Assembly: GCA_964422395.1 (NCBI GenBank)
Contig: CAYRAO010000001.1
Coordinates: 4,900 to 68,899, forward strand
Reading direction: 5' to 3'
Source: an uncultured Clostridia bacterium
GTDB lineage: Bacteria; Acidobacteriota; Aminicenantia; UBA2199
DNA length: 64,000 bases
Positions 1 to 9,563 of this stretch are shown piece after piece. Both the position numbers and the translations under genes were made by a program. The first letter of the stretch is position 1; every line of letters starts with the position of its first letter. Below the pieces are notes generated by a model. That model did no database searches, was not told the DNA's origin, and was given only the letters and a program-made list of their open reading frames with translations.

Positions 1-542
1 ATCTTGGAATCAAGATTTGCCGTTGGTTCATCGGCAAGGATCATAGAGGGATTCGATACCATTGCTCTTGCAACCGCCACTCTCTGCTGCTGCCCGCCCG
101 AAAGTTGTGTCGGTCTTCTTGACTCCATACCTTTTAATCCAATTTTGTCAAGTATGGCTATAACCCGTTCATGCCTCTCTTCTTTTGAAACACCCTGAAG
201 CAACATAATATATTCTATATTTTCCTCAACAGTCAATACCGGAATGAGATTGTACGATTGAAAAACAAATCCTATATTATCCCTTCTGAAATCCGATAAC
301 TCATTCCCTTTCATTTCAGATATCAATTTTCCGTTAATCAGAACTGTTCCTGAAGTCGGTGTATCAAGTCCCGATATTAAGTTCAGAAATGTGGTCTTCC
401 CCGACCCCGATGGTCCGACCAAAGCGGTAAATTCTCCCGATTCGATTTTTAAATCTATCCCTCTAACAGCTCTGGACTCAATTCCATTATCTTTGTATGT
501 TTTTACAAGATTTTCCGTTGAAATAATTGTTTTTTTCTCCAT
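1..542 (-). CDS. ABC transporter ATP-binding protein, LolD/MacB-like (3' end runs off the window)
   Basis: Manual translation from ATG at 542 (GGAGG SD upstream): MEKKTIISTENLVKTY..., Walker A GPSGSGKT, signature LSGGQQQRVAVARA, Walker B ILADEPT. Confidence 0.93.
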   Translation of the reverse strand, partial: MEKKTIISTENLVKTYKDNGIESRAVRGIDLKIESGEFTALVGPSGSGKTTFLNLISGLDTPTSGTVLINGKLISEMKGNELSDFRRDNIGFVFQSYNLIPVLTVEENIEYIMLLQGVSKEERHERVIAILDKIGLKGMESRRPTQLSGGQQQRVAVARAMVSNPSMILADEPTANLDSK

Positions 543-597
543 TTATATCCTCCATTTAAACATTGAGATAACCATCTCCGATTTTCCTTTCATTTTT

Positions 598-1824
598 TTA
601 CATACTTTTTCGTAAGGCATCAATAACCTTCATTTTTCCTGCTACAAAAGCAGGATATATACCGACTACAACCGTAATAATAAACACAAATAACGGATAT
701 TTGATATATTGTCTGATATTCATAACGGGGAATATTTTTTCATGAATATATGCACCGGAAAGTTCTATTCCCCCATAATCGATTCCATACTTTAACAAAA
801 TGATACTTGCTACAAAACCTAATAAGATTCCGATCACACAACTGATAATCGCCAACCATCCCGCTTCAAATATAATCAGTTTCCTTAGGCCCGAAGGACG
901 TGTCCCAACCGCTTTTAGTATTCCGAATTCAAACATCCGTTCATATAGAGACATAAAAAGTGAGTTAATGATTCCGAATATAACAACAAGAAATAGGATT
1001 CCACCCATCATATAAAGAGATATATCGGTCATATCCAATACATTTTTTAACTCCGGCATTAACTCCGTCCAACTCGCCGCTTCATTTCCTTTCGTACTAT
1101 ACTTTTCCCAAAATATGTTTTTTTTATTCTCTGCAAATCTTAAATTGTTGAATTTAATGGCTATTTCATGAATTTCATCTCCGAGATTCAACATTTCCTG
1201 AGCCCTTTTCTTCCTTACAAAAATCATTCCGCTATCCATTTCCTTTACATTAAAACGGTAAATTCCGCTTATCCTAAACATCTCCTGCGATAAATCCCCG
1301 CTGAACGCTTGTGCCACGGTTACAACAACTCTATCACCTATGGAAACTTCAAGCACTTCGGACAGTTTACTACCTATAATAATTTCCCTGTTGCCGACAT
1401 TTCCAAAATAGGTCCCTTTATCAATTCTATCATCAATTTTTGAAAGATATTTATCCTTTTCTGGATCTATACCATAAAGTATTACTGATTCGGCTGTTAA
1501 CGGAGACGTAATCATTCCCAAAGATACAACTCTCTCACTAAATGATTGTACTTCCCGATCAGAATTAAGTTCTTTAATAACCTCATCCTTTTTTAAAATA
1601 GTTTTTTCCACATCCTGACTTATCCTGAAATTCTTGCTATGTATTTGAGCTTCTCCAAGTAATGTGGAAGTAGCCGAATTAACAAGATTGTTTTTCATCC
1701 CTATCATGAAAGCATCCGTAAGAATAAGGGATGCAAGTCCGACTCCTATTGCTATACTCGCAATAATGGTTCTCCTCTTATTTCTCAAAACATTTTTCCA
1801 TGCTAATTTTAGATAGAACTTCAT
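598..1824 (-). CDS. ABC transporter permease, LolC/E (FtsX/MacB) family
   Basis: N-terminal LAWKNVLRNKRRT plus TM helix, large periplasmic domain, ER-x-x-EFGILKAVG motif, three C-terminal TM helices. Confidence 0.9.
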   Translation of the reverse strand: MKFYLKLAWKNVLRNKRRTIIASIAIGVGLASLILTDAFMIGMKNNLVNSATSTLLGEAQIHSKNFRISQDVEKTILKKDEVIKELNSDREVQSFSERVVSLGMITSPLTAESVILYGIDPEKDKYLSKIDDRIDKGTYFGNVGNREIIIGSKLSEVLEVSIGDRVVVTVAQAFSGDLSQEMFRISGIYRFNVKEMDSGMIFVRKKRAQEMLNLGDEIHEIAIKFNNLRFAENKKNIFWEKYSTKGNEAASWTELMPELKNVLDMTDISLYMMGGILFLVVIFGIINSLFMSLYERMFEFGILKAVGTRPSGLRKLIIFEAGWLAIISCVIGILLGFVASIILLKYGIDYGGIELSGAYIHEKIFPVMNIRQYIKYPLFVFIITVVVGIYPAFVAGKMKVIDALRKSM

Positions 1825-1842
1825 TTTATCCTCCGATAGTGT

Positions 1843-3060
1843 TCAATATGTCCTCATAGCCTTCGACGGATCCGTCCTTGCTGCTTTTAATGCAGGGAAA
1901 AAACCCACAAAAGTAGCAGATAAAACAACAATAAATGCAGGGATAATAAAGCTTCTTAAATTTATCTCTGAAGTCATTTGGTGAAATTTCATTCCACCGT
2001 AGGTGATAGGTTCCGGTAGTGTAATACCATGTTTTGAGAAAATATAATTTATTGCCAATCCCGCAATTGAACCGAGAATAATACACAATAATGCGAGAAT
2101 ATTAATCTCCAAAAGTATTAATTTTATTATATCTCTCGGCTTTGTTCCCATAGCTTTCAGAACACCATATTCCCGCCTCCGTTCAAGTACCGACATAAGA
2201 ACGGTATTTAGTACACCTACCGCAACAACAAACATTATGATTAAAAGCATAACCCACATACCTGCTACATCAGCTTGCATAGCATCATAGAATGACTTTG
2301 CAAAAACCTGCCAGGGGACAACGGATAGTTTATCCGAATTTATCTTCTCCTTTATAACACCGTTCATGTCCTGCACACTCCCAAGACTTTTCACGGTAAC
2401 GGCAATTTCGTGAATCCTCCCTTTCAATACCAGTAGCTCCTGTGCCGTTTCAAGAGGAATATAAATTGTCATCCTATCTTCGAGTTCATTTCCGCTTCTT
2501 AACAATCCTATAATTCTATAAGAGTCATTTGCTATCGAACCGTCCGCACCTTGACTTACAACAATCAAATCTTCTCCCGGAGAGGCTTTTAACACCTTGG
2601 CAAGTCCCTCACCAACAATAACCTCATTTGCTGTCGGGGAACTAAACAAATTACCGGAAAAAACTTTCTTATCAAAATTTGTCGTCCGAATCTCTTTTTT
2701 CAAATCCAATCCCGTTATTTTCACACCAGAGCTTTTTTTACCAACCGATGCTATTCCTGCAGAATAAATTCTCGGTGAATAGGATTCCACGCCCTCTATT
2801 TCAGATAATTTTTTATACAATACTTTATAATCATCCACCGTCTTGTAAAGTGAAGGTTTATCAAGATACGATTTTTCATGAATCTGAATATGTCCTAAAT
2901 TGTTTCTTGTGAACATAGATATAATCTGATTATACGCTCCGTCCGAATATCCAATAAAAAAGCATGCTAAGAAAAAACCTCCGAACATACTTAGAGCCGT
3001 CAGTATACTTCTCCTTTTTTGTCTAAAAATATTTCTAAATGCAATCTTTAAAATAATCAT
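1843..3060 (-). CDS. ABC transporter permease, LolC/E (FtsX/MacB) family
   Basis: IAFRNIFRQKRRS, LERRREYGVLKAMG, same 4-TM layout; paralogue of the adjacent permease. Confidence 0.9.
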   Translation of the reverse strand: MIILKIAFRNIFRQKRRSILTALSMFGGFFLACFFIGYSDGAYNQIISMFTRNNLGHIQIHEKSYLDKPSLYKTVDDYKVLYKKLSEIEGVESYSPRIYSAGIASVGKKSSGVKITGLDLKKEIRTTNFDKKVFSGNLFSSPTANEVIVGEGLAKVLKASPGEDLIVVSQGADGSIANDSYRIIGLLRSGNELEDRMTIYIPLETAQELLVLKGRIHEIAVTVKSLGSVQDMNGVIKEKINSDKLSVVPWQVFAKSFYDAMQADVAGMWVMLLIIMFVVAVGVLNTVLMSVLERRREYGVLKAMGTKPRDIIKLILLEINILALLCIILGSIAGLAINYIFSKHGITLPEPITYGGMKFHQMTSEINLRSFIIPAFIVVLSATFVGFFPALKAARTDPSKAMRTY

Positions 3061-3061
3061 T

Positions 3062-3823
3062 TCAAATCCCTTTTCTTAAATTTCTCAAAGTAAATATTTT
3101 CTTGTCAAGTTTTATATCAAATTTTGCCTCTATGTAACGAATTATTGTTTTACGTCCTTTCTTTTTTGATGGGATCAGTTCCATAACCGAAGGGACTTCT
3201 CTTTTTCCATACATTTTTACATCTTTAAAATAAAGCTCTCTCATAAGATTCCCTTTTTCATCATAATATTTTTGCCAAACAGGAATATTCCTATCCTCCC
3301 TGACAGCAATTACAACATGTCCCCATATTATCGGTAATCCTTCCTTGGGAATGCATTTAACATAAGTATTCGATTCCTTTTCCCCTTTGATTTTAATTAT
3401 TTCAAAATCATAATCTTCAAGATAGGTATACTCTTTTACAAGATCATCATTTGTGAAATCGGATCCCATCCATGACCCCATCATCATTGAAGGAGGAATT
3501 TTCATTACTTTATTGGTTTTCGGAAGATAGTTCCACATCTCTCTGTTGATCTTTAAGGTAGCCATTCCTTTCTCCTTTTTCGGCTCAAGTATCCTCATAA
3601 ATGTTTTCTTTTTCCCCAAACTCCACGATTTGATCTTTAATTTCCTTTTCCAATGAGGAGTGATAATTTCCATTTCAAATAAACCGTAACTGGAACTACT
3701 CCTATACAGGTCATCTACCTTGTTCACAATCTCCCTTGCCCTCGCATTATCCTTAGCAGATAACGTTAAAATCATAAAACCGATTAAACACAAAAAAGCA
3801 AATATGGATTTAAAATTTTTCAT
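3062..3823 (-). CDS. Outer-membrane lipoprotein-sorting protein (LolA-like)
   Basis: Sec signal peptide; WMGSDFTNDD motif and FTLRNL C-terminus typical of the LolA_like family found with paired LolE-like permeases. Confidence 0.8.
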   Translation of the reverse strand: MKNFKSIFAFLCLIGFMILTLSAKDNARAREIVNKVDDLYRSSSSYGLFEMEIITPHWKRKLKIKSWSLGKKKTFMRILEPKKEKGMATLKINREMWNYLPKTNKVMKIPPSMMMGSWMGSDFTNDDLVKEYTYLEDYDFEIIKIKGEKESNTYVKCIPKEGLPIIWGHVVIAVREDRNIPVWQKYYDEKGNLMRELYFKDVKMYGKREVPSVMELIPSKKKGRKTIIRYIEAKFDIKLDKKIFTLRNLRKGI

Positions 3824-4458
3824 TTGGATTCCTCCTCATTTTTCGATATTGTTCCGACTCCTTCAAAAATTAAATTCACTATACTTTCCTCAATTTTTTC
3901 TACATTTATTATACTCTCGTTTAGTATCCATTGAACCATCACTCCGTCAAGCATTCCGATAAGAACACTTGAAAGCTCAAACGGGTCAATATTTTTTTTT
4001 ATACTTCCGTCTTCAATCCCTTCTTTTAAAACATCCGCCAAAAGAGATTTGTATAAGCCGTATAACTTATTCATCTCGTTTAGCATAAGACCTTTCCCTC
4101 CTCCCTTTATCCCTTCAGCCCAGAAATCAAACATCAGGTGCATGTTTTCACTGTTTCCGGGTTTCAATTGCTTTAATACAATGCTTATAATATTTTTTAA
4201 TTTCCCGAAACCGTTTTCTTTAGATAAAAGAAGAGTCTCCAAATCAACTTCCAAATCTTTTTGAAAATACCTGAATGAGCTATCGATTATTTCATTCTTA
4301 TTTTTAAAGTATTCATAAATAGTCCCTTTCCCGATTCCGGCTTTATCGGCAATATTTTGTATGGTTGCTTTGGAAAAACCCTTTTCTGAAAATTCGGATA
4401 AGGCAGCGAGAAGGATTTCTTCTCTTTTTTTTTCTTTGTCTATTTTTAATGCACACAT
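3820..4458 (-). CDS. TetR/AcrR family transcriptional regulator
   Basis: N-terminal HTH: ILLAALSEFSEKGFSKATIQNIADKAGIGKGTIYEYF. Confidence 0.95.
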   Translation of the reverse strand: MCALKIDKEKKREEILLAALSEFSEKGFSKATIQNIADKAGIGKGTIYEYFKNKNEIIDSSFRYFQKDLEVDLETLLLSKENGFGKLKNIISIVLKQLKPGNSENMHLMFDFWAEGIKGGGKGLMLNEMNKLYGLYKSLLADVLKEGIEDGSIKKNIDPFELSSVLIGMLDGVMVQWILNESIINVEKIEESIVNLIFEGVGTISKNEEESK

Positions 4459-4460
4459 TT

Positions 4461-4486
4461 TAATTGACCGACCGTTCGGTCAATTA
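4461..4486. promoter_or_regulatory. Putative TetR operator (11-bp perfect inverted repeat)
   Basis: TAATTGACCGA-CCGT-TCGGTCAATTA, located between the -10 box and the tetR ATG. Confidence 0.8.
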
Positions 4487-4487
4487 C

Positions 4488-4516
4488 AATATAGAATATT
4501 TATCTTGATTTGTCAA
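4488..4516 (-). promoter_or_regulatory. Sigma70-like promoter of the tetR-ABC operon
   Basis: TTGACA-N17-TATATT on the minus strand. Confidence 0.75.
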
Positions 4517-4541
4517 TATTTATTTTTTTTTTCTTATAAAA

Positions 4542-4571
4542 TTGACGTTACGACCATTTCTGATGTATAAG
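4542..4571 (+). promoter_or_regulatory. Sigma70-like promoter of the sulfatase operon
   Basis: TTGACG-N18-TATAAG, followed by GGAGA SD before ATG 4595. Confidence 0.55.
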
Positions 4572-4594
4572 TAATATATTATCTGGAGAAAATA

Positions 4595-6136
4595 ATGAAA
4601 AGACGAGAATTTCTGAAAAAAACCGGATTATTAGTCAGTTACGGAATACTTAGTAGCACGTCACTAAAATCCGGTGAAACAAAAAAAACTAATATTGTAT
4701 ATATTCTGGCTGACGATTTGGGATACGGTGAATTGGGAGTATACGGTCAAAAAATAATCAAGACACCGAATATTGATAAATTGGCCAAAGAAGGGAAAGT
4801 TTTTACAAACCACTATTCGGGTGCACCGGTATGTGCTCCTTCGAGATGTGTTTTGTTGACCGGACTACACTCAGGTCATTCATATATAAGAGGAAATGAC
4901 GAATGGACGGAAAGGGGAGATGTTTGGGATTTTTCAGCAGCAAGTGAAAATATTCACCTTGAAGGACAGCGACCGATATCGGCTGATACCGTCACAATAG
5001 GAAAATTATTGCAACAGAGCGGATATAAAACGGCCTGCATAGGAAAATGGGGTTTAGGTCCTGAATATTCGGAAGGTTCTCCTAACAAACAAGGTTTCGA
5101 TCTCTTTTTCGGATACAACTGTCAAAGACAAGCCCATACTTACTACCCAAAACATCTGTGGAAGAACAATAAAAAAATACATTTAAAAAACAAACTCATT
5201 GAACCCGGTACACCATTAAAAAAAGGAAGTGATCCCAATGATCCGAAAAGTTATGAAAACTTTACTTTAAATGAATATTCACCTGATCTTATGAGCAGAG
5301 AAGCACTTAATTTTCTTGAGGAAAACAGATCGAATCCATTCTTTCTATACTATGCAACTCCCCTACCTCACCTGCCGTTACAAGCACCTAAAAAGCTTGT
5401 TGAGAAATACAGAAACATTATCGGAGATGAAAAACCCTATTCCGGTAAATACTATTTCCCATGTCAATATCCAAGAGCTACTTATGCTGCAATGATCTCT
5501 TATCTTGATACCGATGTTGGAAAAATCATCAAGAAGCTTAAAGATATAGGTGTATTTGAAAATACTTTAATAATTTTCACTTCAGATAACGGTCCCACTT
5601 ATACAGGTGGAGCTGATACGGAATTTTTTAACAGCGGAGGAATTTTCGGAGAAAAGTACGGACGGGGTAAAGGTTTTCTTCATGAAGGTGGGATCAGAGT
5701 GCCGATGATAGCAAGCTGGCAAGGGAAAATCAAACCAGGAACCAGTACCGATCATATCTCCGCTTTTTACGATGTTCTGCCGACTTTATGTGATGTCGCC
5801 GGAAAAAAGATACCCAAGATTTCGGATGGGATAAGTTTCTTACCAACTCTTCTCAACAGAGGTAAACAGCAAAATCATCAATCTCTATACTGGGAATTCC
5901 CGTCATATGGCGGTCAGCAAGCGGTTAGAATGGGTAAATGGAAAGGAATTAGAAAAAATATTTTCAAAGGAAACAAAAAGATCGAATTGTACGACCTGAG
6001 TAAAGATCCGTCCGAGACTTATGATGTTTCGCAAAAGAACAAGGAAATTGTAAAAAAAATAAGCATAATAATGGATAAAGAACATATACCTGCAAAGCTT
6101 AAGAAATTTAAGTTCAAGCAACTTGGAGATAAATAG
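4595..6136 (+). CDS. Arylsulfatase (Cys-type, formylglycine-dependent), Tat-exported
   Basis: Twin-arginine signal MKRREFLK; ILADDLGYG; CAPSR (CxPxR) motif; GKWGLG; SDNG. Confidence 0.95.
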   Translation: MKRREFLKKTGLLVSYGILSSTSLKSGETKKTNIVYILADDLGYGELGVYGQKIIKTPNIDKLAKEGKVFTNHYSGAPVCAPSRCVLLTGLHSGHSYIRGNDEWTERGDVWDFSAASENIHLEGQRPISADTVTIGKLLQQSGYKTACIGKWGLGPEYSEGSPNKQGFDLFFGYNCQRQAHTYYPKHLWKNNKKIHLKNKLIEPGTPLKKGSDPNDPKSYENFTLNEYSPDLMSREALNFLEENRSNPFFLYYATPLPHLPLQAPKKLVEKYRNIIGDEKPYSGKYYFPCQYPRATYAAMISYLDTDVGKIIKKLKDIGVFENTLIIFTSDNGPTYTGGADTEFFNSGGIFGEKYGRGKGFLHEGGIRVPMIASWQGKIKPGTSTDHISAFYDVLPTLCDVAGKKIPKISDGISFLPTLLNRGKQQNHQSLYWEFPSYGGQQAVRMGKWKGIRKNIFKGNKKIELYDLSKDPSETYDVSQKNKEIVKKISIIMDKEHIPAKLKKFKFKQLGDK

Positions 6137-6142
6137 GTATCA

Positions 6143-8062
6143 ATGCCGCTTTTTGTCAATAAGACACTGATAACAGATCAGGAAATAAAAACCGAAACGG
6201 GTTATATGAGAGCTGAGTATGCGAAAACTTTCCCTGATCAAAGTATACAAGAGCAAGAGAAAACCTTATTTAACTGGGCATTGGAAAATATTACGGAACG
6301 GGTACTTTTAAAAGAGTACGCTCTTAAAACAATTTCTATTTCGGAGGATGAACTCAAGGAGAATACGGATGGAGTTCAATCAAAAATCGACAAATTAATC
6401 ATTCAAATAAAAAAAGAAGCTCCATTAGTAACTGAAAAAGAAGTAAAGGATTACTATAAAGAAAACAAAAATAAATTTATGATTTCTGAAAAAAGGCACG
6501 TTAAGCACATAGTCAAACATCCGACAAAAAAATCATTAAGTGAGATCAATAAAATTTATGATTTAATGAAGAAAGCTGAGGAGGAACTTAAAGACGGAGT
6601 AAGTTTTGAAAAGGTAGGTGGTAAGTATTCGGATTGTTCGGGAAACGGGTTGGATTTGGGTTATATTTCTATAGGTGAGATGGTGGAAGCATTTGAAAAT
6701 ACGGTATTTTCACTTAAAAAAAACGAAACATCTGAAATATTTGAAACGGAATTCGGATTTCATATCGCTAAGGTATATGACATATCGCCTCCGAAAATTG
6801 CACCATTTGAACAGGTTAGTGAGCAAATATTAAAAGAATTACAGGAAGAAAGGACAGAAAAATATATTGAAGATTTTGTAGATAAATTAAAATCGGATTC
6901 GAATATAAAATATATTAACCCTAAAAATATGGTTAAAAGTGCTAAAATCGGTTTCACTTTTACAAAACCCTTGAATTTTTTACTTATAAAGCCATCCGGA
7001 CCGGATTGTAATATCTCATGCGACTATTGCTTTTATTTAAAAAAGGGAAAACTGTTTAATTCCGGTAAAAAAAGGATGAATTTGAAAACAGTCGAGAAAA
7101 TGATAAAGCAGGCAGCGGAACAAAGCATTGAAAGCATTAATATCGGATGGCAGGGTGGAGAACCGTTATTGATGGGACTGGATTTTTTTAAAGAAGTTAT
7201 GAAATTTCAGAAAAAATACGGTCAAGATAGATTTACTAACAGTATTCAAACAAACGGAATTCTATTAAATAAAGATTGGGCAATGTTTTTTAAGAACAAC
7301 AAATTCTTGGTCGGATTATCAATTGACGGAAACAAAAATGTTCATGATAAGTATCGCAGAGACTCATCCGATAACGGCACGTTCAAAAGAGTTGAACATT
7401 CCGCAAAACTACTTCTCAAAAGCGGAGTTGAAGTAAACTCACTTTCCGTAGTTAACGATCATTCCTCAGAGTACATTGAAGAAACTTATACTTTTCTAAA
7501 AGGAATCGGATTTACCCATATGCAGTTCATTCCGGTCGTAGATATTGATCCTGTAACCGATAAAATAAGCAAATTTTCCGTTGATCCAAAGAAATACGGG
7601 GAATTTTTATCGAATCTGTTCGATATGTGGAAAAAAGATTTCTCAAACGGGAAACCGAATATTTATATCAGATTTTTCGAATCGGTTTTTTACACTTATT
7701 TGGGGATGGAATCACCCGACTGCAATTTAATGTCCGAATGCGGTAAATATTTGGTAGTCGAACACAACGGGGATATTTATCCCTGTGATTTTTTTGTTGA
7801 CCCAAAACAGAAACTTGGCAATCTAAATAAGGATAATTTATTGGAGTTGCTCAACTCGGAAAAACAAAATAAATTCGGAAAAGTAAAAAAAAATCTTCCG
7901 GCAAAGTGTGAAAAATGCAAATGGGTATCAAAATGTTTCGACGATTGCCCGAAGAATAGAATGATGACAGGGGAAAAAATTTCATATCTTTGTGAAGGAT
8001 ACAAAATGTTTTTTGAGCATGCGGACAAAGATTTTAAAAAATTTGCCAACAATTTGAGATAA
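6143..8062 (+). CDS. Fusion protein: parvulin/PrsA-NifM-like peptidyl-prolyl isomerase plus anaerobic sulfatase maturase (radical SAM/SPASM)
   Basis: aa ~1-260: rotamase motifs HVKHIV, DLGYI, ETEFGFHIAKV. aa ~275-639: CNISCDYC, WQGGEPLL, QTNG, SIDG, SPASM cysteines (C..C..GDIYPCD; CEKCKWVSKCFDDCPKNR; YLCEGY). One ORF with no internal stop. Confidence 0.9.
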   Translation: MPLFVNKTLITDQEIKTETGYMRAEYAKTFPDQSIQEQEKTLFNWALENITERVLLKEYALKTISISEDELKENTDGVQSKIDKLIIQIKKEAPLVTEKEVKDYYKENKNKFMISEKRHVKHIVKHPTKKSLSEINKIYDLMKKAEEELKDGVSFEKVGGKYSDCSGNGLDLGYISIGEMVEAFENTVFSLKKNETSEIFETEFGFHIAKVYDISPPKIAPFEQVSEQILKELQEERTEKYIEDFVDKLKSDSNIKYINPKNMVKSAKIGFTFTKPLNFLLIKPSGPDCNISCDYCFYLKKGKLFNSGKKRMNLKTVEKMIKQAAEQSIESINIGWQGGEPLLMGLDFFKEVMKFQKKYGQDRFTNSIQTNGILLNKDWAMFFKNNKFLVGLSIDGNKNVHDKYRRDSSDNGTFKRVEHSAKLLLKSGVEVNSLSVVNDHSSEYIEETYTFLKGIGFTHMQFIPVVDIDPVTDKISKFSVDPKKYGEFLSNLFDMWKKDFSNGKPNIYIRFFESVFYTYLGMESPDCNLMSECGKYLVVEHNGDIYPCDFFVDPKQKLGNLNKDNLLELLNSEKQNKFGKVKKNLPAKCEKCKWVSKCFDDCPKNRMMTGEKISYLCEGYKMFFEHADKDFKKFANNLR

Positions 8063-8185
8063 ACATATATTTCAAGTATTAACTTTTCCTTTCCTAAAGC
8101 ACATCGTCACCCCCATATTGGATCGCTTGCCTATTGACGGAAAGGTTGGTTATGATATATAAATACATCATAACTTAGAGGAAAA

Positions 8186-8764
8186 ATGGTAAATAATAAA
8201 ACCGACAGGGAAAAAATCGAAAAAGGGATAGAGCTTATTCTTGAAGGAATTGGTGAAGACAAGAATGATGAGAGACTTAAACTGACTCCGAGACGTACAG
8301 CCGACATGTTTCTGGAAATTCTTGAAGGAACAAATAGCGATCCTGCTGAATTCCTAAATGCTCTCTCTGAAGAGAGTCATGAAGAGATGGTTATTCTTAA
8401 AGATATTCCTCTCTATTCAATGTGCGAGCATCATCTGCTTCCATTTTCAGGAAATGCAAGCATAGCTTATATTCCGAGAGATGGAAAAATAATCGGACTT
8501 AATACTTTAGCAAAGTTAGTTGACTGTTTATCAAAAAGACTTCAGTTGCAAGAGCGACTTACAAAGGAAATTGCGGACTATTTGGTCAGATCACTTTCTC
8601 CTCAAGGAGTAATGGTAGTCATCCGTGCTGAACATCTCTGTATGACAATGAGAGGTGCAAAGAAACCCGGTTCAATAACCATTACATCCGCTGTAAGAGG
8701 ACTATTCAGAGAAAAAGACGCCACCAGAGAAGAAGCAATGTCTCTTATACTTGCAGACAATTGA
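8186..8764 (+). CDS. folE: GTP cyclohydrolase I
   Basis: TPRR, SMCEHHLLPF, RLQLQERLT, AEHLCMTMRG. Confidence 0.92.
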   Translation: MVNNKTDREKIEKGIELILEGIGEDKNDERLKLTPRRTADMFLEILEGTNSDPAEFLNALSEESHEEMVILKDIPLYSMCEHHLLPFSGNASIAYIPRDGKIIGLNTLAKLVDCLSKRLQLQERLTKEIADYLVRSLSPQGVMVVIRAEHLCMTMRGAKKPGSITITSAVRGLFREKDATREEAMSLILADN

Positions 8765-9563
8765 CTTTATCTTCAAAAAGCCTTAAAGATTCGACTTCCA
8801 AAGCTTTTCCGGTAGAAATATCAATTTTAATAATTGCCATGTCGGAAACCACATTTTTTTTAGCTACTTCCCATCTCTGATTTATCCCCGTCCGAAATTT
8901 ATCAATAACAGGTTTCCTTTTCATGCCGATTACGGAATCAAGAGATCCTGTCATCCCCACATCGGTCTGATATGCTGTCCCATTTGCAAGGATTCTAAGA
9001 TCAGCAGTCGGAACATGAGTATGAGTACCGAGAACAGCACTGACTTTCCCGTCAAGAAAAAATCCCATTGCCTGTTTTTCTGCTGTTGCTTCCGCATGGA
9101 AATCGAGTATAACTATTCTTGACTTAACACTTTTTAACCATTTTTCAATAAAATTAAAAGGATTTTCCGCTACCGGTTCCATGAAAACTCTTCCCTGCAA
9201 ATTTGCTACGGTTACAAAAAGTCCGTCTCTTATTTTGAAATCACAAAAACCCCTGCCGAAAACTTGATCAGGATAGTTCATAGGTCTAACAATATATCTA
9301 TTAGAACTTAGGAAATCATAAGATTCTCTCTTGTCCCACATATGATTCCCACCTGTTATTACATCAACACCAGCTCTAAATAACTCATTTCCGGTCTTTT
9401 CCGTTATTCCCAATCCTCCGGCGGAATTTTCACCGTTAGCAATAACCATATCGGGTTTATATTTTAATTTAACTTGATACAGATGCTTTTCAAGTATTCG
9501 CCTCCCGGGTTTCCCAATAACATCTCCTATGAATACTACTGTTATAACCGAACTATTTTGCAT
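8745..9563 (-). CDS. ymdB: YmdB/TIGR00282 family metallophosphoesterase
   Basis: FIGDVIGKPG, NGENSAGG, TGGNH, DFHAEATAEK, GTHTHV; downstream of rny. Confidence 0.92.
   Translation of the reverse strand: MQNSSVITVVFIGDVIGKPGRRILEKHLYQVKLKYKPDMVIANGENSAGGLGITEKTGNELFRAGVDVITGGNHMWDKRESYDFLSSNRYIVRPMNYPDQVFGRGFCDFKIRDGLFVTVANLQGRVFMEPVAENPFNFIEKWLKSVKSRIVILDFHAEATAEKQAMGFFLDGKVSAVLGTHTHVPTADLRILANGTAYQTDVGMTGSLDSVIGMKRKPVIDKFRTGINQRWEVAKKNVVSDMAIIKIDISTGKALEVESLRLFEDKVNCLQV

Noticed and set aside
543-593. 16-codon mini-ORF (MKGKSEMVISMFKWRI, minus strand) whose TAA abuts the ABC ATPase ATG
   Set aside because: No SD of its own and the ATPase already has a GGAGG SD; ORFs this short arise by chance. 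It could be a coupling uORF but there is no supporting evidence.
8745-8764. Convergent 3' overlaps (folE/ymdB 20 nt; tilS/pyrC 13 nt) as antisense regulation
   Set aside because: Short tail-to-tail overlaps are common in compact genomes; nothing else suggests regulation.
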